A stretch of DNA of 64,000 nucleotides, taken from Octopus vulgaris (lineage: Eukaryota). Positions 41,425-51,601 of the stretch are shown here, piece after piece. A program made the position numbers and the translations under genes. Every line of letters begins with the position of its first letter. Positions within the stretch are counted from its first letter, which is position 1. The DNA is taken from positions 75,082,001-75,146,000 of the forward strand of contig OX597830.1 in NCBI GenBank assembly GCA_951406725.2, written 5' to 3'. Below the pieces are notes generated by a model. The model made no database searches. It was not told where the DNA came from and saw only the letters and a list, made by a program, of their open reading frames with translations.

Positions 41425-41453
41425 ATCATCATCATCATAATCCTCCTCATCAC

Positions 41454-41519
<66 letters not shown>

Positions 41520-41535
41520 TATCCTCCTCCTCATT

Positions 41536-41621
<86 letters not shown>

Positions 41622-41622
41622 T

Positions 41623-41663
<41 letters not shown>

Positions 41664-41668
41664 TATCC

Positions 41669-41720
<52 letters not shown>

Positions 41721-41721
41721 A
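41425..41721. repeat. (ATC)n microsatellite
   Basis: Directly visible. Confidence 0.96.
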
Positions 41722-41919
41722 TTTATCATTACTGCAACAGTAACTATCTTTAGCATATCAGTTGTAGTTGTTGCTGTTACTGTTCTTAGAGTCCTTGCGG
41801 TAGTTATTTAGCCTCCAACCACCACCACCACCACCACAAACAATAACAACAATCCTTAATCAGCCCAGTCCCAGTACACGCGACACATGGTCCAAGACGT
41901 TTCTCACGTAGCAACGCAA

Positions 41920-42308
41920 GGCGGTGAGCTGGCAGAATCATAAGCACGCCGGGCGAAATGCTTAGCGGTATTTCGTCTGTCGTTACGTTGTGAGTTCAAA
42001 TTCCGCCGAGGTCGATAAATTAAGTACCAGTTACGCACTGGGGTTGATGTAATCGACTTAATACCTATGTCTGTCCTTGTTTGTCCCGTCTATGTTTAGC
42101 CCCTTGTGGGTAGTAAAGAATTAGGTAGTTCGTCTGCCGTTACGTTCTGAGTTCAAATTCCGCCGAGGTCGACTTTGCCTTTCATCCTTTCGGGGTCGAT
42201 TAAATAAGTACCAGTTACGCATTGGGGTCGATGTAATCAACTTAATCCCTTTCTCTTTCCTTGTTTGTCCTCTCTACCGTTTAGCCCCCTGTGGGCAATA
42301 AAGAAATA
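41920..42308 (+). mobile_element. SINE-A head-to-tail dimer
   Basis: Unit 1 ends gggtagtaaagaatta, resumes at ggtagttcgtctgcc; unit 2 ends gggcaataaagaaata. Confidence 0.9.
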
Positions 42309-42851
42309 TATAACACCAACACAACAGGACTTATTTTCCCTATATGTCACTTCTCTGTTTTTGACAATAATGCGTGTGTGAGATTAATATGTCTGCAATT
42401 TTCAGTAGGATCGAGTCACTATATAAACGTTGTCCGCAAGAATTTCAAGTATAGGAATCTTAATATTTTATCTGAAAGCCACATAACCAACTTACACATT
42501 ATTGACGAATACGATTTTTTTTTTCTCCTAATCTATATTTTGGAAATAAAATTGTAATTCCATCGACATTTTGTAGTAAACTAGTTTTCCTTTATTCATT
42601 TATTTATTTTTTTGTTTTTGCAAACGTCGCCACAAAAAGTCAAAAATAAAAAAAAAATGATGCTGTAAACAAAAACATAAGGAATATAAAAAACATATTA
42701 AAATATAAATATATATGTGAAAAAAATATAAATAAATATAACGAATATTAAAATAAAAAATAAATATAATATATGTATGCTATGAAATATATATGTATAT
42801 GTGTGTACGTTTGTGTGTGTATGTATATATATCTTATGCTATATTAAATGA

Positions 42852-42886
42852 TGATAATAATAATAATAATGATAATAATAATAATG

Positions 42887-42917
<31 letters not shown>

Positions 42918-42947
42918 TAATAATAATAGTAATAATAATAACAATAA

Positions 42948-43041
<94 letters not shown>
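42852..43041. repeat. (AAT)n microsatellite
   Basis: Directly visible. Confidence 0.96.
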
Positions 43042-43043
<2 letters not shown>

Positions 43044-43319
43044 GATCAAGTAAAAGAGCAAAAAAAAATAAAAGAAAATTAAAAGGAAATGGAAGAAGAA
43101 ATGAGAAAAGAAGAGAAAAAGCTGCTGCTATCATAATTGAATTGCTCACAACACTGAATTTTGATATGGCAGTATATGAAATGATATCTCGTGGAAAAAT
43201 CATATCATTCATTTTGATATGATTAAGTGGTGTGTCATAAATTAGGAAGCATTTTATTTGGTCACTGAGTCGGATGTTCTATGATGTGGTTTGATACACT
43301 TTGTAATTTCTGACGGTTG

Positions 43320-44110
43320 GCAGGAAGGGCGGAGAAGGAAGAAAGGAAGGAATGAAGGAAGGAAAGCTATGTAGGGAAGAAACCTGTGAACGAAAGAAGA
43401 CAGAACGAATGGAATGGTAAAATCAAAGAAGTGGAAAGAAAGAAAAGAAGGAAACATTGGCATCTAAGAAGGATGAAGTAAAAAATATTTAAATAAGTAA
43501 TTGAGAAATAAATGAAGGAAAATGGAAAGACTGAAGGACATATGTGTTGAAGGAATTCAAGAAGGAAAACTTAAGGAAAAGTTAAAGAGGTAAGATAAAA
43601 AAAGGAATAATGAATGGGGAAAGACAGAAAAGAGATAAATGAAGGAATGAAAGAAATAATGAAGTTATAAAAGGGGAATGTACAAAGAAAAAGTGAAAAT
43701 AAAATGGAGAGTGAAAGAAGGAAGGAAAGCAAATAGGAAGAGATTAAAAGAAATGAAGAAAGTAAGAAAGAAAGAATGAATGAATGAAAGAGGAAAGGAA
43801 GAAAGACGACAAAATGCATAGCAATGCAAAATGAAAAAGGAAAGTAAAGAAGAAACAAAAGAATGGAATGAATGAAATAGAATGAAAGAGTAACAGCCGG
43901 AAACTGAATATGATGAATGAAAGGTTACTAAAATAAGATACGGGGGAAATGTGCCAAAAAATAGTAAAAAAAATAAAATAAGAAAGAATGAAAAATTTAA
44001 ATAAAATGAGAAAGACTATAAGACAAAGAAAGGAAAGGAAGAAAAGGAGTAGAAAATAGCGGGAAATAAAAATACAAAGACAATACGAAAATTTTAGGAA
44101 AGAAATCAAA
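43320..44110 (+). repeat. Purine-rich low-complexity tract (degenerate GAA/GGAA/GAAT)
   Basis: Strong A/G strand asymmetry over ~800 bp. Confidence 0.8.
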
Positions 44111-44267
44111 GAGATATTACTGAATGTTATATGAGTATAGCTCTTGGGGTCCATAAAAGAAACACTTGTTGAATATTGGGGCAAGTGTAATCGAATTCCC
44201 TGAAATTGCGGTCCTTGTACTATACTTGTGCCACAATTTGAAACCAACGTTCGGGTGTAGAATGTAT

Positions 44268-44662
44268 TGTCTATTCTAGGCACAAGTGCAGAAATTTTTG
44301 AGGAATGTCCCGATCAGTAAGATCGATTTCAGTACGGAAACTGGTATTTAATTTATCGACCCCGAAAGGATGAAAGGCAAAGTCGACCTCGGCGGAATTT
44401 GAACTCACAACGTAAAGACAGACGAAATATATATTTCTTTACTACACACAAGAGGCTAAACACAGAGAGGACAAACTAGGACAGACAAAGGGATTAAGTC
44501 GATTACATCGAACCCAGTGCGTAACTGGTACTTAATTTATCGACTCCGAAAGGATGAAAGGCAAAGTCGACCTCGTTGGAATTTGAACTTAGAACGTAAA
44601 GACAGACGAAATACCGCTAGGCATTTCGCCCGCGTGCTAGCATTTCTGCCAGCTCGCCGCCT
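44268..44662 (-). mobile_element. SINE-A/A' composite inside one TSD
   Basis: Tx1-tailed unit joined at the tatttcgtc site to a unit with the gtgcctagaatag tail; 10-bp TSD tagaatgtat at 44258-44267 and 44663-44672. Confidence 0.88.
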
Positions 44663-44820
44663 TAGAATGTATAATAACTTATATAAGCATTCAAATGAAT
44701 GTTCATATGAATTTCTTTGGAGGAAGAGTCCTTGAGGAAGAGTGTATGTGTTATACTGAAGTGATGTATATGTGGATAAATTGGCATTAAACTGGTACGC
44801 TTACGTTTGGATATTAATAT

Positions 44821-45132
44821 CACCATGATCACCGTGACCGACCAGGCAATCAGATGTTGCTACACATCGCTGGTCACAATGCGCTTCGCATTGTTTTAGC
44901 CTTCAAATGACGCCACCCCGCTGGCTAAGCGAGAAGGCCAACAGAAGAATGAGTCAGAGAAAGCTGTGGCGAAAGATACAGCAGGGATTGCCACCACCCC
45001 CTGCTGGAGTCGCGTGGAGCTTTAAGTGTTTTCGCTCAATAAACACTCACAACGCCCGGCCTGCGAATCGAAACCGCGATCCTACAACTACGAGTCCGCT
45101 GCCCTAACCACTGGGCCATTGCGCCTCCACGA
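44821..45132 (-). mobile_element. Full-length SINE family C, tail type 2
   Basis: Head and core nearly identical to the 10477 copy; tail ggctaaaacaatgcgaagcgcattgtgaccagcgatgtgtagcaac...; 10-bp TSD atattaatat at 44811-44820 and 45133-45142. Confidence 0.92.
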
Positions 45133-46314
45133 ATATTAATATACTCGTAATTAAACCACTAGGAAATCTTCCTGTGAATGAAACTAAGCTGAGGATCGAA
45201 GAGGTATTGAATACTTATCAGATGTATCTTACTCTTGCAAGTCAGAAACAGAGAAGCAACAGGTTAGAAAAACTATGAGAAATTATACGATTGTACTAAA
45301 TAGCATATCAGTACATTCGCTTGTAGTGCGTACTGAGTTATTAATAAGCAGAGTGACAGTGTGAATGTGGATAAATTGCAATTAACTTCGTATACGTACG
45401 TTTCGATAAATGTAACTTCAATCTCACCGAGGTAGCAAACTTCGCAATCATACAAGAAGGATGTCTCTATAAATGAAACTAAATAACTAAGTGTGGGAAA
45501 CGAATTATTGCCTACTTATTGAATGTATCTACTCCGGTTAGTCGTAAAGAGAGAGGCAACTTGGAGCTGCTTAGAAGTAAAATGCGATTTTACTCAAAAG
45601 AATAACAATACATTCGTTGACAGCGTGTATTCAATGGTTATATTCTCTAGACAAATTGTATAAATTCACATAATTAGGCTCAATAAACGTAGACCCATAA
45701 ACAGTTTTACAAACAGGTAACAAAACGCTCGAGTTAAGACATAGGGATATTAAAGCAGGAAGAACCTCAGAACAGCTTGACTGGTTTCTACCGTTATGGC
45801 GGTCTTATCAAAAGCGTTCACTCTCATTCGTTCTGTAAGATAGCGGAAGCAACTTCGAGCTACTTCTAAAAACAACAACAAAAATGCAACTGCATTATAT
45901 ATACACCGCGAGGCTGAGTGATTATTTAATAAACGCACGCATGTGAACTCATCACGAATTTATTGATTTATTTTCATAATCTTTACTGAAAACAGACATA
46001 CGATCGTTTGTTACTGTTGCGGTTATTGTTGATACGAGAATTGAGGTTGTTGGTTTGATACCGTTGATGTTTTCGTAGTTTTTAGAGTTAGCTTCAGCTG
46101 TTGAAGAAACAGTAGTAGCTGTTTTTGTTGTTGTCTAAAGTTGTTGGTGTTGCTAAAGATGTTACTGTTGTTGGTGGTGCTGTTGTTGTTGTTGTTGTTA
46201 CTCTAGTTTTATTTTTTTCTCAATTTAGACGTTCCAGTTTAGTTTTTCACTGTGCTGGTTACCGGAGTTGCTGTTTCCACTACTACGACTACGATTAGCG
46301 ACGTCTTTGATCTT

Positions 46315-46662
46315 ATAGTAGTAGTAGTAGTAATAGTAGTAGTAGTAGTAGTAGGAGGAGGAGGAGGAGGAGGAGGAGTAGCAGTAGTAATAATAGTAGT
46401 GAGAGGAACAAGAAAAGAAGGAAGAACGTGAAGAAAAAGGGGAAAATAGAGAAAAAGTAGCAGATGATGATGATGATGACGATGATAATGATGATGATGA
46501 AGCAAGAAGAAGAAGAAGAAGAAGAAGAAGAAGAAGAAGAAAGAGATGACAATGAAGGAAGCTGAGGAGGAGGAGGAGGAGGAGACGAGAAGGAGGAGAA
46601 GAAGACGAGAAGGAGGAGAAGAAGACGAGAAGGATGGGTAGTAGTAGTAGTAGTAGTAGTAA
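46315..46662. repeat. (AGT)/(AGG)/(ATG)/(AAG) compound microsatellite
   Basis: Directly visible. Confidence 0.92.
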
Positions 46663-47389
46663 CTGTTGTTGCTGTTGTTTATTTGTTTCCGACATTTGAA
46701 TCTGGTTCTCAGAAACCAGTGGTTATTGAAGTCAGTTCCTACCACTCACACAACTTAAACTACACCTAACGTTGCTGTTCAAGTTCTCCATGTTCCTCTT
46801 CTTGGAAAACATTAGTAGTATTAGTAACATTAGTAGTAGTTGCCGTTGTTTATCAATTTAGACGTTTCAGTATAATGTTTCTTTATTTTATTTTATTTTG
46901 TTTTTCTCTCTGTTTTCTTTTTTTTTTTTATATTCCCTGAGACTTGCTTGTCAGAAATGCTGTCGAAAATGATTTTATTATTGTTGTTGTTTTTATTGTT
47001 TTTGTTGTTGTTTTTTTTTATGAATTTAGACGTTTGAAGATGTTTTTCATCGACTTGTTGTTAGTGTTGCTGTTTCAACTACTGCCAACACCGTTTGTTG
47101 TTGTAGTTGTTGTTGTAGTTGTTGTTGTAGTTGTTGTTGTCGCTACTGCTGTTGCTGAGGCGAATGTTTATCAGGTGAGACACTCGAAAATGTCTTTAGA
47201 CATGTTCTAGCATTCACACTACTTTTTGATAGAGCCATCACCATTTCCACTACTAATTTTACTAATACTACCACCACAACCACCACCAACACTGCTACTA
47301 CTACTACCACTACTACTACTACTACTACTGACAATAATAATAATAGCACCACAGTTATTATTAATTATTACTACTACCACTAATAATCT

Positions 47390-47795
47390 TTTCTACTATA
47401 AGCATAAGGCTTGAAATTTTCGGGAGGGTTACAGTCGATTACCTCAAGCCCCAGTACTCAACTGGTACTTATTTTATCGACCCTTAAAGGATGAAAGGCA
47501 CATTCGACTCCGGTGGAATTTGAACTCAGAATATAGCGACGGCGAAAACACCTATTTCTTTACTACCTATTTCTTTACTACCTACAAGGGGCTAAACACA
47601 GAGAGGACAAAGACTGACAAACAGATGAAGTCGATTATATCGACGCCAGTGCGTAACTGGTACTTATTTAATCGACCCCGAAAGGATGAAAGGCAAAGTC
47701 GACCTCGGTGGAATTTGAACTCAGAACGTAGCGGCAGACAAAATACGGCTACGCATTTCGCCCGGCGTGCTAACGATTCTGCCAGTTCGCCGCCT
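47390..47795 (-). mobile_element. SINE-A/A' composite
   Basis: Young Tx1-tailed unit joined at ggcgaaaacacc|tatttctt (~47552) to an older A' unit, with a 15-nt tail stutter. Confidence 0.85.
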
Positions 47796-48113
47796 TAACC
47801 ACCACCATTAATAATTCTAATACTACAACCATCACAACCAAAGAAACCACCACCACTACTACTGCTGATACTTTTTCTAGCAAGGAAATCGGGACTGATT
47901 TAAATGTAGATCAAAAATCAGATATCCTCAATCTGTGTCCCTTTCGACAGAAAAAACACCACATGGATTAAAATACTCTCAATTATTCTTAAGGTAGTAC
48001 GAGAAAAGAACTAGATTTCCTTGCAGACTTGTAACAATTTGAATAACAGAGCATAAAAGCTCTCTCGACGGATAATCATTTTGTTGTTGTAATAATGGCG
48101 GTGACAACAGCGA

Positions 48114-48169
<56 letters not shown>

Positions 48170-48291
48170 AAAGTAATAGTAATAGTAGTAGTAGTAGTAG
48201 TAGTAGCAGTAGTGGCAGCAGCAGTAGTAGTAGTAGTAGCAGCAGCAGAAGCAGCAGCAGCAGTAGTAGTAGTAGTAGTAGTAGTAGTAGT
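48114..48291. repeat. (AGT)n/(AGC)n microsatellite
   Basis: Directly visible. Confidence 0.95.
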
Positions 48292-48710
48292 TGCTGATGC
48301 TGTTTTTGTTGTTACTCTGCAGTTGTTGCTGTTGTTGGAATTTATTAATCTATACCCGCGATTCTTGATCAAAACGTGAAGATCCCTGAGAAAATATAGA
48401 GGAATTGGCGAGTGAAAATACTTTGTGGAACTGGAAAGCTCTTTACCATTGCACTTGAGGAAAGGCGGACTGTCAGTTAAAACGCAATCACTTCTGGGAT
48501 TTTTTATCGATTAAGATCATTAGTAGTGAAATTATTAAATGAATTAACTGACTTCTAGCTTTGTCAAAGTGTTTTTACCACAAACTGTGACGTCATCCAT
48601 GAAAACTGCTTCTCTTACTCCTTCTTTCAAGGAATCATTCCCAGCTCATTGTTTACATTTCGGCTTCTAATGGTTTATTTTATCCAGTTTGGTATTTATC
48701 AGAGGGTGAA

Positions 48711-49574
48711 GGCGGCGAGCTGGCAGAATCGTTAGCACGCCGGGCGAAATGCGTAGCCGTATTTCGTCTGCCGTTACGTCCTGAGTTCAAATTCCGCCGA
48801 GGTCGACTTTGCCTTTCATCCTTTCGTGGTTGATAAATTAAGTACCATCTACCCACTGGAGGTCGATATAATCGACTTAATACCTATGTCTGTCCTTGTT
48901 TGTCCTCTCTGTGTTTAGCCCCTTGTGGGCTGAGTTCAAATTCCGCCTGTGTTTAGCCCCTTGTGGGTAGTAAAGAAATAGGTATTTCGTCTGCCGCTGC
49001 GTTCTGAGTTCAAATTCCGCCGAGGTCGACTTTGCCTTTCATCCTTTCGGGGTTGATAAATTAAAGTTCCATCTATGCACTGGGGGTCGATGTAATCGAC
49101 TTAATACCTATGTCTGTCCTTGTTTGTCCTCTCTGTGTTTAGCCCCTTGTGGGCTGAGTTCAAATTCCGCCTGTGTTTAGCCCCTTGTGGGTAGTAAAGA
49201 AATAGGTATTTCGTCTGCCGCTGCGTTCTGAGTTCAAATTCCGCCGAGGTCGACTTAGCCTTTCATCCTTTCGGGGTTGATAAATTAAGTACCATCTACG
49301 CACTGGGGGTCGATGTAATCGACTTAATACCTATGTCTGTCCTTGTTTGTCCTCTCTATGTTTAGCCCCTTGTGGGTAGTAAAGAAATAGGTATTTCGTC
49401 TGCGGCTTCGTTCTGAGTTCAAATTCCGCGGAGGTCGACTTTGCCTTTTATCCTTTCGGGGTTGATAAATTAAGTACCATCTACGCACTGGGGGCCGATG
49501 TAATCGACTTAATACCTATGTCTGTCCTTGTTTGTCCTCTCTGTGTTTAGCCCCTTGTGGGTAGTAAAGAAATA
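48711..49574 (+). mobile_element. SINE-A tandem tetramer
   Basis: One head, then junctions aaagaaata|ggtatttcgtc at 48981, 49205 and 49390; TSD ggtatttat(c/g)agagg at 48691-48705 and 49575-49589. Confidence 0.93.
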
Positions 49575-49851
49575 GGTATTTATGAGAGGCTTATCTGGTG
49601 TTCGAACACGGTTTTCTACATTTAGTCTCCCATTTAGTGACGAATTTAATGAAGCTAATGCAAAAATTAATATTTAATGCTCATGTTATTGCATGAATTG
49701 TCTTATTATAGAAGACTAAATTAATTTTCACTTTTAAGTGTGGTTGTGCTGGATTCCGCATTCGTAAAAATGTTGCACGAAAACAATAGGAAAGAGTTTA
49801 AAAATATTGGATTAAACACTAGACGTGCGCATGTGTGAGATACAAATATGC

Positions 49852-49960
49852 GTGAAGTGTTTTGCTCAAGAACACAACGCGTCGCCCGGTCCAGGAATCG
49901 AAACCGCAAACTTACGATCATGATGCTGACACACTAACCGCTAAGCGAAGCGCCTCCACA
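49852..49960 (-). mobile_element. SINE family C-related head with CORE-like segment
   Basis: Minus strand gtggaggcgcttcgcttagcggttag...ggtttcgattcctggaccgggcg...ttcttgagcaaaacacttc. Confidence 0.75.
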
Positions 49961-51024
49961 CAGGTCTCTCCTATGTGTACAATTTTGTAAACCCTATTTG
50001 TAAATGAAACACATGTAATAGTGAATGAATAATAAAAAAAAATTACCCAATCTTTTGTTTTGAAATGTAATTACATCGCAAAAAAAATGTACAAGAAAAT
50101 TTATCCCCAAGGTGCTGTGCAGTGCAATTGAACCTCAAACCTCGTAGTTGCAAAGCAAATTTTCTAAACATACAAAAATGTAGGATAATGATGAAAAGTA
50201 CTTCAGTTGTGCCGAGTATGTTTTTCTATACGCAGGGAGCGGTTAACTACATCACCGAATGTATTATTTTCCAAAAGGAACCAGAATGATGTAAGGAGAT
50301 TGGACTACTATTTCTAGCAGATACAAAAATCACTTAGAGTCTCTCCCATTTCTTGGTGATGATCGTAGTGGTAATGGCACTAGTAATGTTGTTGACTTAT
50401 CTGCTGTTATGTATCAATTATAGTCTAAGTAAATTTTAAGTAACTTACGGTATATGGTTAAGAAATCTCTCTCGAGAACACTTCTCCAAACACTGGATTA
50501 TAATATATTACCGGGGGAGATATCAGCCTATGTTATTACTTAGTAGCAGTGGGAAACAAACAAATCTACCTCGCCCAAAAATAAAATCAGTCTCATATGA
50601 CGAGAAAACGCTTATAAATTTGTGCGTGTCTGCCTGTCTGTGTGTGTGCGTGAGTGTGCGTGTGTCTCTGTGTGTGTTTTTGTGCCACACAGTAATTATA
50701 TGTTAAGTACAGTTCCTTTTAAGATATATGATTAAGTATATCAACAGAACATTTGCTATTAGGGAACTCAATGATAAGAGCAGAGGAAAATTTGATGCAA
50801 ACTTCATCATAGCAGTGACTTCGTATTTTACCTAATGGTTTACCAAAGCAATATATATGCAATCATACGCATACGCACACGCAAATTCATTCGGAAACAC
50901 ACATATATGCATACATAAATGAATTGACAATAGATATTAATTCTGATGCATTTGTATACACACACAGACATATGCATGTACATATATATATGTATATAAG
51001 TAAATATATATATATATATATATT

Positions 51025-51151
51025 ATTTTATTCTTTTATTCTTTTATTCCTTTCAGTCATTTTGACTGCGGGCATGCTGGAGCACCGCCTTTAGTCGAGC
51101 AAATCGACCCCATGACCTATTGCTTGTAAGCCTAGTACTTATTCTATCGGG

Positions 51152-51203
<52 letters not shown>

Positions 51204-51373
51204 ACACACACACACACACATATATATATATACAACGGGTTTATTTCAGTTTCCGTCTACCAAATCCATTCACAAGGCTTTGGCCGGCCCGAGGCTATCG
51301 TAGAAGACATTTCCCCAAGGTGTCACGTAGTGGGACTGAACCTGGAACCATGTGGTTGGTTAGCAAGCTACTT
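51025..51373 (-). mobile_element. SINE family B, 3' part, split by the Tx1 LINE
   Basis: Continues exactly from the head fragment at 56757-56795. Confidence 0.92.
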
Positions 51374-51601
51374 TATTTCATATAATTTGCCATTTAGGCA
51401 TTTACAAAGAGGGGACAAACAAGGACAGACAAATATAAAGGGTGAAGTAGCTTAACACAGTTACAATTTTCGAATGAAATTACGGATAAGATTATAAGCA
51501 ATGAATTTTACGAAGGCAATGTTTAAAAATATTAATGATCATGTCGAAGGAGGGACATCCAGCCATCCGGGTAGAACCTTTACTTTCTGATCCGGTCACA
51601 C

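Noticed and set aside
43571-44283. Phe/Leu/Ser-rich membrane-like ORFs
   Set aside because: Translation of the pyrimidine strand of the low-complexity purine tract.
48711-49574. Regular repeat array resembling CRISPR
   Set aside because: Units are 185-224-bp SINE bodies with no unique spacers and no cas genes; eukaryotic context.
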